From Eubacteriales bacterium (GTDB lineage: Bacteria; Bacillota; Clostridia; Oscillospirales; CAG-272): 64,000 bases of DNA. Numbering within the stretch: position 1 is the stretch's first letter; each line of letters starts with the position of its first letter. Where the stretch lies: positions 1,144-65,143 of the forward strand of contig JAZNND010000049.1 of the NCBI GenBank assembly GCA_045580085.1, read 5' to 3'. Below, piece by piece: positions 37,364-45,373 of the stretch. Under the pieces are notes generated by a model, which was not told where the DNA came from, made no database searches, and worked only from the letters and a program-made list of their open reading frames with translations. The position numbers and the translations under genes were made by a program.

Positions 37364-38116
37364 ATGATTGAACAAATTGATCTTGGCTTTTTTGAAATCA
37401 GCTTATACTATTTTTTTCATGTATTAGGATTTGCCACTGTTGCGGCTTTTAATGTTTGGTATGGTAAGAAATACGGTATCTCGTGGCATAAAGCACTTAT
37501 CTTTACGGCTATCGTCTACAGTTTGACTTACCTATGGATCCATGTTCAATTTTGGATTGAAACCGGCTTCAAGATTTGGGGCGGTCAAAACATAGTGAGG
37601 GGTTTTGTATACGTACCCTTGATAGCTTATCCTATAGCGCGATTAATGAGAATGCAATGGAGAAAAACTTGTGATTTTATTGCGCCGTGTGTTTGCATTG
37701 CGCAAGGTGTCAGCCATGTGGGGTGCATTTTCCCGGGGTGTTGTCACGGATATCCGTGGCAATGGGGTATATACAACAACAGCTTGGGCGTGAGAACATT
37801 TCCGGTTCAGCTGTTGGAGGCTGCAACGGCGTGGATCATTGTTTTTGTTATTGTCTACCGCGCCTATGAAAAAAAATATGCGTCGGATGGGGTTTCCTAT
37901 CCTTTGATGCTTTTTCTGTTTGGCAGTACGCGTTTTTTGTGGGAATTTATGAGAGATAATGATAAGATCTTTTTAGGTTGTTCTTCGTTGTCTTTTCATG
38001 CACTTTTTATGGCGGCGGTAGGAGGTGCTTTTTTGCTGATCTTGTCTTGTCGAGAGAAGCGAACGGCGAAATTAAACAAAAAACTATGCCGTAGAAAACA
38101 AAAAAAGAGAAAATAG
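37364..38116 (+). CDS. Lgt (prolipoprotein diacylglyceryl transferase) family paralog, divergent
   Basis: 250 aa, polytopic. CDFIAPCVCIAQGVSHVGCIFPGCCHGYP aligns by eye to the Lgt block D-F-I-A-P...G-R-x-G-N/C-F-x-N-G-E/C. FPVQLLEAATAWIIVF matches P-x-Q-L-Y-E, and GSTRFLWEFMRDN matches R-x-x-x-E-F-x-R. Confidence 0.7.
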   Translation: MIEQIDLGFFEISLYYFFHVLGFATVAAFNVWYGKKYGISWHKALIFTAIVYSLTYLWIHVQFWIETGFKIWGGQNIVRGFVYVPLIAYPIARLMRMQWRKTCDFIAPCVCIAQGVSHVGCIFPGCCHGYPWQWGIYNNSLGVRTFPVQLLEAATAWIIVFVIVYRAYEKKYASDGVSYPLMLFLFGSTRFLWEFMRDNDKIFLGCSSLSFHALFMAAVGGAFLLILSCREKRTAKLNKKLCRRKQKKRK

Positions 38117-38149
38117 AAAAATTCAACCATGCGAAAGGAGGATCTATGA

Positions 38150-38284
38150 ATGGAAAAGTATGAGAAACCGTGGTTTAGTGTGATAGAAATCGCGGTAGAA
38201 GATATTATGGTGGTTTCGGGTGGCTCTAAACCACCGGCCACTGAAGAAGACGATGACAATGAGACGGAATTTGATCCTCGTTGA
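38150..38284 (+). CDS. unlisted 44-codon ORF: MEKYEKPWFSVIEIAVEDIMVVSGGSKPPATEEDDDNETEFDPR
   Basis: It is not in the ORF track, presumably because it falls below the track's length cutoff. AAAGGAGG lies 8 nt upstream of the ATG at 38150. It is followed at 38291 by a strong terminator. The coding status is unproven. Confidence 0.4.
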   Translation: MEKYEKPWFSVIEIAVEDIMVVSGGSKPPATEEDDDNETEFDPR

Positions 38285-38290
38285 CAAACG

Positions 38291-38328
38291 AAAAGAGACT
38301 TTCAGCATCATGCATGAAAGTCTCTTTT
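38291..38328. terminator. bidirectional rho-independent terminator (small ORF / mutY)
   Basis: aaaagagactttc (38291-38303) pairs perfectly with gaaagtctctttt (38316-38328). A-runs and T-runs lie on both sides. Confidence 0.75.
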
Positions 38329-38330
38329 CC

Positions 38331-39401
38331 TTAGTTCTCAATTTGCCTTTTAAACACTCCGAAGGCGGAGGCAATGGGGTAAACGGTTTTGATTTCGTCG
38401 GATGTGGCGAGGACAAAGCCGTTTTTTTCTTCCCATGCGGTGCATTCGATCAAATAGCCCGACATATGCCATTCCTTGTGGGTGAAAATGTGGATGCCGC
38501 CTTCGGCGGCTATCGCGCCGTCGGCGTGGACACCGAGGGTGTGGGCGAAGGCAAGCGCATCCTCTGCCGAGAGCGTGCCATCGGTGTTCGGGAATTCCCA
38601 AAGTCCGCCGAGCAAGCCCTTGGCGGGGCGTTTGTGTAAAACGAATTTTCCTTCTTTTTCATCGGCAATATGAAGAATGAGAACGGTTTTTTTCTCTATT
38701 TTTCGCTTGGCTTTTGGGGTTCTGTGAGGAAGAGTGAGGGCTGTGCCGTTTTCGGCGGCTTGGCAAATAGAGCGAAGCGGACAAGAATCGCACAGCGGTG
38801 CGCCGTTCGGGAGGCAAAAGCGTTGCCCGATCTCCATCATGCCTTGCGTGACATCCGCTGAGCGATTCTTGGGAAAGGCGGCGGAAAGACGCTCGGTGAT
38901 TTCTTTTTTGACGGCGGCGTTTAGAATATCTCTTTCGTCTTCAAAAACGCGGGCATAAATGCGAAGCACATTCCCATCCACCGCCGCACGCGGAATACCG
39001 AAACAAATGCTTCCGATTGCCGCGGCGGTATATTCTCCCACCCCGGGGAGTGTGAGAAGCTGTTCGTAGCTTTCGGGAAAATGACCGTCATATGTTTGAA
39101 TGATTTCTTTGGCGGCGCGGTGTAAGTTGCGAGCGCGACTGTAATAACCGAGCCCTTCCCACAGCTTCAAGACGGTTTCTTCTTCTGCCTCGGCTAAAGC
39201 GGAAAGTGAGGGCAGCGTGTCTAAAAAACGGTGAAAATAAGGGATGACTGCCTCCACGCGCGTTTGCTGAAGCATGATTTCCGAAAGCCAAACTTTATAG
39301 GGAGAGATGTCTTCGCGCCACGGGAGCATACGACCGTTTTGACGGTAAAAATCTGCTATGATTTCTAAGAGTTGTTTGCATTTTTGCATGTTTGTGACCA
39401 T
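38331..39401 (-). CDS. mutY: A/G-specific adenine DNA glycosylase
   Basis: 356 aa. Contains LPWRED..PYKVWLSEIMLQQTRV, the HhH-GPD motif (LPGVGEYTAAAI), a 4Fe-4S cluster loop (C..C..C.....C) and a C-terminal NUDIX-like domain. Confidence 0.9.
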   Translation of the reverse strand: MVTNMQKCKQLLEIIADFYRQNGRMLPWREDISPYKVWLSEIMLQQTRVEAVIPYFHRFLDTLPSLSALAEAEEETVLKLWEGLGYYSRARNLHRAAKEIIQTYDGHFPESYEQLLTLPGVGEYTAAAIGSICFGIPRAAVDGNVLRIYARVFEDERDILNAAVKKEITERLSAAFPKNRSADVTQGMMEIGQRFCLPNGAPLCDSCPLRSICQAAENGTALTLPHRTPKAKRKIEKKTVLILHIADEKEGKFVLHKRPAKGLLGGLWEFPNTDGTLSAEDALAFAHTLGVHADGAIAAEGGIHIFTHKEWHMSGYLIECTAWEEKNGFVLATSDEIKTVYPIASAFGVFKRQIEN

Positions 39402-39512
39402 ACCATTCTGTATAATGTGCGTCGGTTTCTTTTCACATCAAAGTATAGCATATTTTTTCTTTTCCGTCAACTGTTCAAAAAACGGAAATGACGCAAAGAT
39501 GGAAAAAAAGGG

Positions 39513-39541
39513 TTGCGTAAAATCGAAAAATGTGCTACAAT
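39513..39541 (+). promoter_or_regulatory. candidate promoter (TTGCGT-17-TACAAT, TGn)
   Basis: TTGCGTaaaatcgaaaaatgtgcTACAAT lies about 40 nt upstream of the 39581 start. Confidence 0.4.
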
Positions 39542-39580
39542 ACTTTGTGGTTACAGTGATATGAAAGGAAGGGATTTAAA

Positions 39581-41080
39581 ATGGGCATCATAATTAATGA
39601 TGATTTTGAGATATATACCAAACACCTATGGCGGCAAGGTATATCCGAGAGTGCCGGTGAGGCACAAGCGCGTTCCTATATTCGCCGTTACGCGAATACG
39701 CAGGTGACCGCCATTTTTTTCAATGTGAACGCACAGCTTTCCAGCTCTCCCAGTGAGGTTTTGGAAACCGTCGGTGAAAAATATCTCAAAAAAGAAGTGG
39801 ACGGTATTCCCGTTGATTTTTCCGATACATTGCATAAAGGATGGTATGATCAGTTTGTTCGAAATGGCCTTGATCTGTATGCCATCTTTGTCGACGAATG
39901 CCGCGCGTGCGGTATCTCTCCGTGGCTCTCTTTCCGTCTCAATGATACACATGATAATTTGGAACCCACGGGCGGTTTGCGTCAAAGCAATTTTACTCAT
40001 ACGGCGCGCCGCGATGGCAGAAGCCGTTGCCGTCACAGAGAAGTAACGGGTTATTACGATAACTGCCTTGATTATGCCGTGCCTGCCGTACGCGAGCTTT
40101 TTTTGGCGTATGTAAGAGAACAGTTAGACCGTTATGATGTTGACGGAATTGAAATTGATTTTCTGCGAGAGCCTTTTCTTTTCTCGCCGGGGTATGAGGA
40201 TGAGGGAAGAGAAATCGTAAAAGAAATGATAAAGAAGGTTCGCTCTTATGCAGATGCCGCGGCAGAGATGTACGGGCACCCTGTTCAGCTTTCCGTGCGC
40301 ACCTTCCGAGATCCCGAAAGTGATTATTACGCAGGTATTGACACGCCAACTTTAGCGCGAGAGGGGATTGTCGATGCCGTTACGGTGTCCTGCCGTTGGG
40401 AAAGTACCGACAGCGATATACCGCTTGCACATTGGCGCGCGATTTTGCCCGCCGAGACGCGCTTATCGCTTTCTTCCGAAATGAATTACCGTGCTCCGAA
40501 CAGAGAAGATGCACGCTGTACCCCTGAGCTTTTGCGCGGACTTGCCAATTATGCACTTTCGGCAGGCGCGGATGATTTTTATATGTTCAATTACTCTTAT
40601 CTTGCGCTTCCCACAGGGGAAGGTCTGCCGGAATGCCCTAGTGCTGAGCCTTTCTTGGCACTTTTAAATGAGGTCGGCAGTCTTGACACATTGCGTGCGC
40701 TCCCGCGCCGCCATGTGCTTACCTATAACGATCTGACCGCATACGGTATGCGCACGCGCCCCACCCTCCCTCTTGAGGTCACGCGCCGCCATGAAAAGTC
40801 TGCCGTGCGTCTCTTTACAGGTGAACCGCGCGAAAAAATGTATTTGCTCCTCGATATCGATACCGATGCGGAAAATCTTTCGGTCTATCTCAATGCCGCG
40901 CCTGTTCGATATCTTGGCAAGGCAAAGGTGGAAGAGGCATACGCCTCTTGTGCGCTTCATGTTTTTGAGGCAGACTGCCTTCGCCCCGTTACGCAGATGC
41001 TTGAAGTCGGTGTCAAAGACGAGGAAAGCTATTTGCTGAAATATGCTGAGCTTTGTACCGAACGTCCCACGCTTGTCTAA
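39581..41080 (+). CDS. hypothetical protein, possibly TIM-barrel glycoside-hydrolase-like
   Basis: 499-aa ORF with good coding appearance. DVDGIEIDFLREPFLF and LSFRLNDTHD resemble strand-end motifs of GH-like TIM barrels. The family is not recognised with confidence. Confidence 0.5.
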   Translation: MGIIINDDFEIYTKHLWRQGISESAGEAQARSYIRRYANTQVTAIFFNVNAQLSSSPSEVLETVGEKYLKKEVDGIPVDFSDTLHKGWYDQFVRNGLDLYAIFVDECRACGISPWLSFRLNDTHDNLEPTGGLRQSNFTHTARRDGRSRCRHREVTGYYDNCLDYAVPAVRELFLAYVREQLDRYDVDGIEIDFLREPFLFSPGYEDEGREIVKEMIKKVRSYADAAAEMYGHPVQLSVRTFRDPESDYYAGIDTPTLAREGIVDAVTVSCRWESTDSDIPLAHWRAILPAETRLSLSSEMNYRAPNREDARCTPELLRGLANYALSAGADDFYMFNYSYLALPTGEGLPECPSAEPFLALLNEVGSLDTLRALPRRHVLTYNDLTAYGMRTRPTLPLEVTRRHEKSAVRLFTGEPREKMYLLLDIDTDAENLSVYLNAAPVRYLGKAKVEEAYASCALHVFEADCLRPVTQMLEVGVKDEESYLLKYAELCTERPTLV

Positions 41081-41105
41081 AATTTATACTATACAGGAGA
41101 CTCTT

Positions 41106-41837
41106 ATGGAATTTAATGTTAATCATCCCATTCTGTTTGTGTTTGCCGCCGTGATCATCATAGCGGTGCTCGGTCAGTCTTTCTATTTTCTTTTCCGCGC
41201 ATGTATGCGCGCGAAGGAACTTGGCATGGATAAAGCCAAAATCAGAAAAACCATAACCTCTGCCGCCATATTTACCGTTGCGCCGGCTGTTTCTATTTTG
41301 GTTGGCGTTCTGGTTCTTTCCAAAAAGCTCGGTGTTGCGCTTCCTTGGCTCAGACTTTCCATCATCGGTTCTCTCAGCTATGAAACGGTTGCCGCTGAGA
41401 CAACCATCGAACAACTTGGTGTGGAAGGCACCGAAGCTATCACGGCATCCGGTTTTGTTACCGTTCTTTGGGTGATGACGCTTGGTATTATTCTCGGACT
41501 GGCACTGGTTCCCGTGCTTGCCAAACGCATTCAAAAGGGAATCAAAAAAATGGAAAAAAGGGATAACCGTTGGGGCGAGATCTTCAATAACGCCATGTTT
41601 CTCGGCATGATTTCCGCTTTTCTCGGCTATGTTTTTTGCGATGTTTCCACCATCTTCTCAGGCGACGCGTCGGGGCTTATTCCCGTATGCGTTATGGCCG
41701 TGTCGGCGTTGATCATGGTCGTGTGCGGTTTGCTCTCCAAAAAGCTCGGTGCCCGCTGGCTGACGGATTATGCCTTGCCCTTCAGCCTCATTGGCGGCAT
41801 GGCAGCTGCTATTCCGATTACGGCGTGGTTGATTTAA
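41106..41837 (+). CDS. polytopic membrane protein of unknown function (DUF5058-like by recollection)
   Basis: I chose the start at the ATG at 41106 (AGGAG 8 nt upstream), since the ORF-track start overlaps the previous gene. The 243-aa product is hydrophobic. Confidence 0.55.
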   Translation: MEFNVNHPILFVFAAVIIIAVLGQSFYFLFRACMRAKELGMDKAKIRKTITSAAIFTVAPAVSILVGVLVLSKKLGVALPWLRLSIIGSLSYETVAAETTIEQLGVEGTEAITASGFVTVLWVMTLGIILGLALVPVLAKRIQKGIKKMEKRDNRWGEIFNNAMFLGMISAFLGYVFCDVSTIFSGDASGLIPVCVMAVSALIMVVCGLLSKKLGARWLTDYALPFSLIGGMAAAIPITAWLI

Positions 41838-41859
41838 AGATAAGGGAGGAAAAGTAATC

Positions 41860-42564
41860 ATGGATGAAAAGAATATGGAAATAAAAGCGGAAAAATCTTC
41901 GGTCGAAAGCACCCCCTATTTGGAAAGCGTACATCGGTCCGGCCGTGCTTGGGGTTTTGTAATCTTGGCTTTGATTTTGGCTTTCCCAATCGCTACTATG
42001 ATCGTTTTCGGTGCTGCACCCGAATGGGAGGCGTTTTTCAGCGGTCTTGTTGCCATTCTGCCCATGTATTGGGCTGTGGGCTTGGTTGAACTTTTTACTT
42101 ATGTGCCGATGCTCGGCGCGGGAGGTGCTTACCTTTCTTTTGTAACGGGTAATATCTCTAATCTCAAGCTTCCCTGTGCCTTGGACGCCATGGAGAGAGC
42201 CAATGTAAAGGCGAGCACGGAAGAGGGGGAGATCATTTCCACCATCGCCATTGCCACTTCCAGCATTGTAACGACTTTAATTATTTGCGTTGGCGTTATT
42301 TTTATTGTACCGCTGACACCTTTGCTCAACGCTCCCATTCTTGCACCTGCTTTTGATATGATTCTGCCTGCGCTTTTTGGCGGTCTTGCGGTAGTGTTTA
42401 TCTCGAAAAATGCCAAGCTTTCGATCGCTCCCATTGTTTTGATGCTTATTCTTTTTATTTTCGTTCCCGCACTCAACGAAAGTACGGTTGGCATTATGGT
42501 TCCCGTTGGCGTGGTCTTTACCATCCTTACGGCGCGTATTCTCTATAAAAAAGGAATTATTTAA
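41860..42564 (+). CDS. polytopic membrane protein of unknown function
   Basis: 234 aa, about 6 TM segments, tightly packed between the previous membrane protein gene and the M20 peptidase gene. Confidence 0.55.
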   Translation: MDEKNMEIKAEKSSVESTPYLESVHRSGRAWGFVILALILAFPIATMIVFGAAPEWEAFFSGLVAILPMYWAVGLVELFTYVPMLGAGGAYLSFVTGNISNLKLPCALDAMERANVKASTEEGEIISTIAIATSSIVTTLIICVGVIFIVPLTPLLNAPILAPAFDMILPALFGGLAVVFISKNAKLSIAPIVLMLILFIFVPALNESTVGIMVPVGVVFTILTARILYKKGII

Positions 42565-42566
42565 AA

Positions 42567-44015
42567 ATGGAAATTTTAGTTTACATTTTAATGGCATTGG
42601 CGGTCCTTTTGTTGGCGTTTTTGGGTGTAATTATCGGAAGAGCCCTGGCGTTTCGCCCCCAAAAACAAGTTCCCATTGATGAAAGAGAGATTCACTTTGA
42701 TCAAGAGAAAAGTTTGGAAAATTTCCGAACGCTCGTGCGTTTCCCCACGATTTCGAATGCCGCCCCCGCCCTTGAGGATGACGGTGCATTTGAGGCGCTC
42801 ATTGCTGCTTTGCCTTCGCTCTATCCGAATGTATTTGCCCATTGCTCTTTTGATCGCTTGCCCGACCGCGCACTTTTGTTTCGCTTGAAAGGTAAAAAGG
42901 GTGGTGAGCCTGCCGTTTTGATGGCGCATTACGACGTAGTGCCCGTCAATGAAAAGGATTGGGAAAAGCCTCCGTTCGATGCCGTTTTGGAGAACGGAGT
43001 GATTTGGGGGCGAGGAACACTTGATACCAAGATCACCTTCCACTCGGTTCTTTTTGCCGCCGACACGCTTCTTAAAGACGGTTTTGTTCCCGAAAATGAC
43101 GTTTATTTCGCCTTTTCGGGCGGAGAAGAGGTCAACGGAAACGGTGCCAAAAATATTGTTTCCTATTTCAAAGAGAATGGTATCACGCCTGCCTTTGTGT
43201 TAGACGAGGGCGGAGCCGTTGTAGAAAATGTTTTCCCCGGTGTGAAGATGCCTTGCGGTATGATCGGTATTGCCGAAAAGGGAATGATGAATGTCCGCTA
43301 CAGCACATCGTCGAACGGCGGTCACGCCTCGGCACCCAAACCTCATACGCCGGTCGGACTTTTATCCCGCGCTTGTACACGCATCGAAAACCACCCTTTC
43401 CCTTATCATATTTCAAAACCCGCTTACGCTATGTTCGATACGCTTGGCAGGCATTCAAGCTTTCTTTACCGCGTCATTTTTGCCAACCTCTGGTGTTTTT
43501 CTCCCTTGTTGAATAAAATTTGCAAAGCGGGAGGCGGAGAACTCAATGCTCTTTTGCGCACTACGGTTGCCTTCACGCAGATGCAAGGCAGTTCCGCCGC
43601 CAATGTAATTCCGCCTGAGGCTTCTATGATCTCCAATATCCGTTTGAATCCCTGCGATAATGCCGAGGAAGCTCTTGCATATCTTCGCAAGACCGTTTCG
43701 GATGAAAATGTTAAGATTGAGGCACTTTACGCCATGGATCCGAGTCCTGTCTCACGTATTGATGTTGAAGGGTGGCAAAAGGTTTCCGCCGCTGTCGCTT
43801 CCACGTGGAAAGGCTCGATCGTTTCTCCATACTTGATGATGCAATGCTCCGACAGCCGTCATTATGCTGAAATATCCGATCGTGTATACCGCTTTTCGGC
43901 AATGGATCTTACCAAAGAAGAACGTGCCACCATTCACGGCAACAACGAGCGCATCCGCGTAGAAACGGCGCACCGTGCAGTTGAATTTTATATCCGTTTG
44001 CTCGGCTCTTGCTGA
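42567..44015 (+). CDS. M20 family metallopeptidase with N-terminal TM anchor
   Basis: 482 aa. Has an N-terminal hydrophobic helix, then MAHYDVVPV, WGRGTLDTK and GGEEVNG, the metal-binding blocks of the M20/M25/M40 family. Confidence 0.85.
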   Translation: MEILVYILMALAVLLLAFLGVIIGRALAFRPQKQVPIDEREIHFDQEKSLENFRTLVRFPTISNAAPALEDDGAFEALIAALPSLYPNVFAHCSFDRLPDRALLFRLKGKKGGEPAVLMAHYDVVPVNEKDWEKPPFDAVLENGVIWGRGTLDTKITFHSVLFAADTLLKDGFVPENDVYFAFSGGEEVNGNGAKNIVSYFKENGITPAFVLDEGGAVVENVFPGVKMPCGMIGIAEKGMMNVRYSTSSNGGHASAPKPHTPVGLLSRACTRIENHPFPYHISKPAYAMFDTLGRHSSFLYRVIFANLWCFSPLLNKICKAGGGELNALLRTTVAFTQMQGSSAANVIPPEASMISNIRLNPCDNAEEALAYLRKTVSDENVKIEALYAMDPSPVSRIDVEGWQKVSAAVASTWKGSIVSPYLMMQCSDSRHYAEISDRVYRFSAMDLTKEERATIHGNNERIRVETAHRAVEFYIRLLGSC

Positions 44016-44042
44016 GTTGCTATAACAAAAGGAGGGCTTAGG

Positions 44043-44948
44043 ATGTATCTTGAAAGCTTTCGTCTTCCGTCGCGTGACGATGAGGACGCTTATGTTCTTT
44101 CTTATCCCGCAAAGCTTGAAATGCGTTGCTACAGCGATAACGTATATCCTTTTAAGCTGTTTGCGATGAGAGATATGCCGCAGCTCTCTTTTGTGACACC
44201 CATTACGCTTTTTTACGGCGGAAACGGTTCCGGAAAAAGCACGCTTCTTAATATCATTGCCGAAAAGTTGGGGCTTGCTCGGGAAGCCGCTTTCAATCGC
44301 ACTCCGTTTTACGAGGATTACTTGACTCTCTGTTCTTACCGATTGGCGCGCGGTATCCAAACTTTGCCCAAGGGGAGCCGTATCATCACGAGCGATGACG
44401 TATTTGACTATCTGCTTGATATTCGCGCCGTCAACGAAGGAATTGATCGCAAGAGAGAAGACCTTTTTCGCGAATATGATGCCTTGACGGAGCTGAAAGA
44501 CGAGCCTGTGCTCCTAACTTCATTAGATGAGCACGAGTCTTTTAAAAGAATGCTTGAAGCAAAGCGCAAAACAAAATCCGCTTTTGCAACACCGCGTCTC
44601 AAAAGAGAATACCGCACACGCTCTAACGGTGAGAGTGCGTTTTTCTACTTCACCGAGCATATCAAAGAGGGGGCACTCTATCTGCTTGATGAGCCTGAAA
44701 ACAGTCTTTCCGTAGAACTTCAAAAATCGCTTGCGGCTTTCGTGGAGGATTCCGCCCGCTTTTATCGCTGTCAGTTCGTCATTTCCACCCATTCACCTTT
44801 TCTTCTTTCTATGAAGGGGGCGCGCGTATATGATCTTGACGCGCTGCCCGTTGCAGAAAAGGAATGGACGGCACTTCCGAATGTTCGTCTTTTTTATGAT
44901 TTTTTTGAAGCGCACCGAGCATCTTTTGAAAAAAATAAAAAAATGTGA
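44043..44948 (+). CDS. AAA/ABC-type ATPase (AAA_21-like), orphan
   Basis: 301 aa. Walker A GGNGSGKST, Walker B/D-loop LYLLDEPENSLS, and an H-loop-like STHSP. Confidence 0.7.
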   Translation: MYLESFRLPSRDDEDAYVLSYPAKLEMRCYSDNVYPFKLFAMRDMPQLSFVTPITLFYGGNGSGKSTLLNIIAEKLGLAREAAFNRTPFYEDYLTLCSYRLARGIQTLPKGSRIITSDDVFDYLLDIRAVNEGIDRKREDLFREYDALTELKDEPVLLTSLDEHESFKRMLEAKRKTKSAFATPRLKREYRTRSNGESAFFYFTEHIKEGALYLLDEPENSLSVELQKSLAAFVEDSARFYRCQFVISTHSPFLLSMKGARVYDLDALPVAEKEWTALPNVRLFYDFFEAHRASFEKNKKM

Positions 44949-44978
44949 ATTTTTTTGTGGAAAAATAGCAAAAACATC

Positions 44979-45007
44979 TTGATTTTAGTGAGATGATGTG
45001 TTAAAAT
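44979..45007 (+). promoter_or_regulatory. sigma-A type promoter of the T-box operon (TTGATT-17-TAAAAT, TGn)
   Basis: TTGATTttagtgagatgatgtgtTAAAAT. Confidence 0.6.
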
Positions 45008-45013
45008 ATACCC

Positions 45014-45270
45014 ATCAAATGCGTTTGAGCGAAAAAGAGTAACCGTAATCTTAGTCTCAGAGAACTGTCGGTTGGTGCGAGACAGTGGCGATGGTGCGGC
45101 GAATACCTTTCGTGAGCAGTGCACCGAACGGAAACCAGTAGGCTGCAACGGGTGCTCCCGTCACAGAGCAAAAGGGTGAATGCCCTATGAGGTTCGCTTT
45201 GCGGATAAAATGAGGTGGTACCACGGGAATTTCTCGTCCTCTGCTTTTTGAAGAAGGACGGGATTTTTTT
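45014..45270 (+). promoter_or_regulatory. T-box riboswitch leader, probable Tyr (UAC) specifier
   Basis: Stem I has a K-turn (GCGA.../...CGTGAGC), an AGTA/GAA S-turn, an AGAGA bulge (45058-45062) and a TGGTGCGA distal loop (45073-45080). The specifier GAA-TAC-C is at 45101-45107. The T-box sequence AAATGAGGTGGTACCACGG is at 45208-45226, followed by the terminator. Confidence 0.85.
45235..45270 (+). terminator. T-box terminator hairpin
   Basis: CGTCCT (45235-45240) pairs with AGGACG (45255-45260) and is followed by ATTTTTTT. It competes with the antiterminator that contains the T-box sequence. Confidence 0.75.
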
Positions 45271-45373
45271 GTTCCGGCCTTCGGTGAGAAGGCGCATAAA
45301 AATTGATACAGCTATGCAATAAGCCTTCTCGAAGTGCGCAGGATGACATCTGCGCATGATGGAGGAAAATGTC

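Noticed and set aside
37364-38116. Calling this gene the housekeeping lgt
   Set aside because: The family assignment is reasonable. However, the conserved Arg position is His, the protein is short (250 aa), and it sits in an AT-rich accessory block. Without the rest of the genome I cannot tell whether a canonical lgt exists elsewhere, so I assigned no gene symbol.
27026-38330. Recombinase-led block interpreted as a prophage, ICE or integron remnant
   Set aside because: There are no capsid, terminase, relaxase, T4SS or excisionase genes. I saw no flanking direct repeats and no tRNA target. The recombinase is directly abutted by paired inverted core sites, which fits a dedicated invertase better.
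45335-45355. Short hairpin tgcgcag-N7-ctgcgca between the T-box terminator and the symporter start
   Set aside because: The stem is only 7 bp and has no U-tract. I cannot assign a function, and it may be coincidental.
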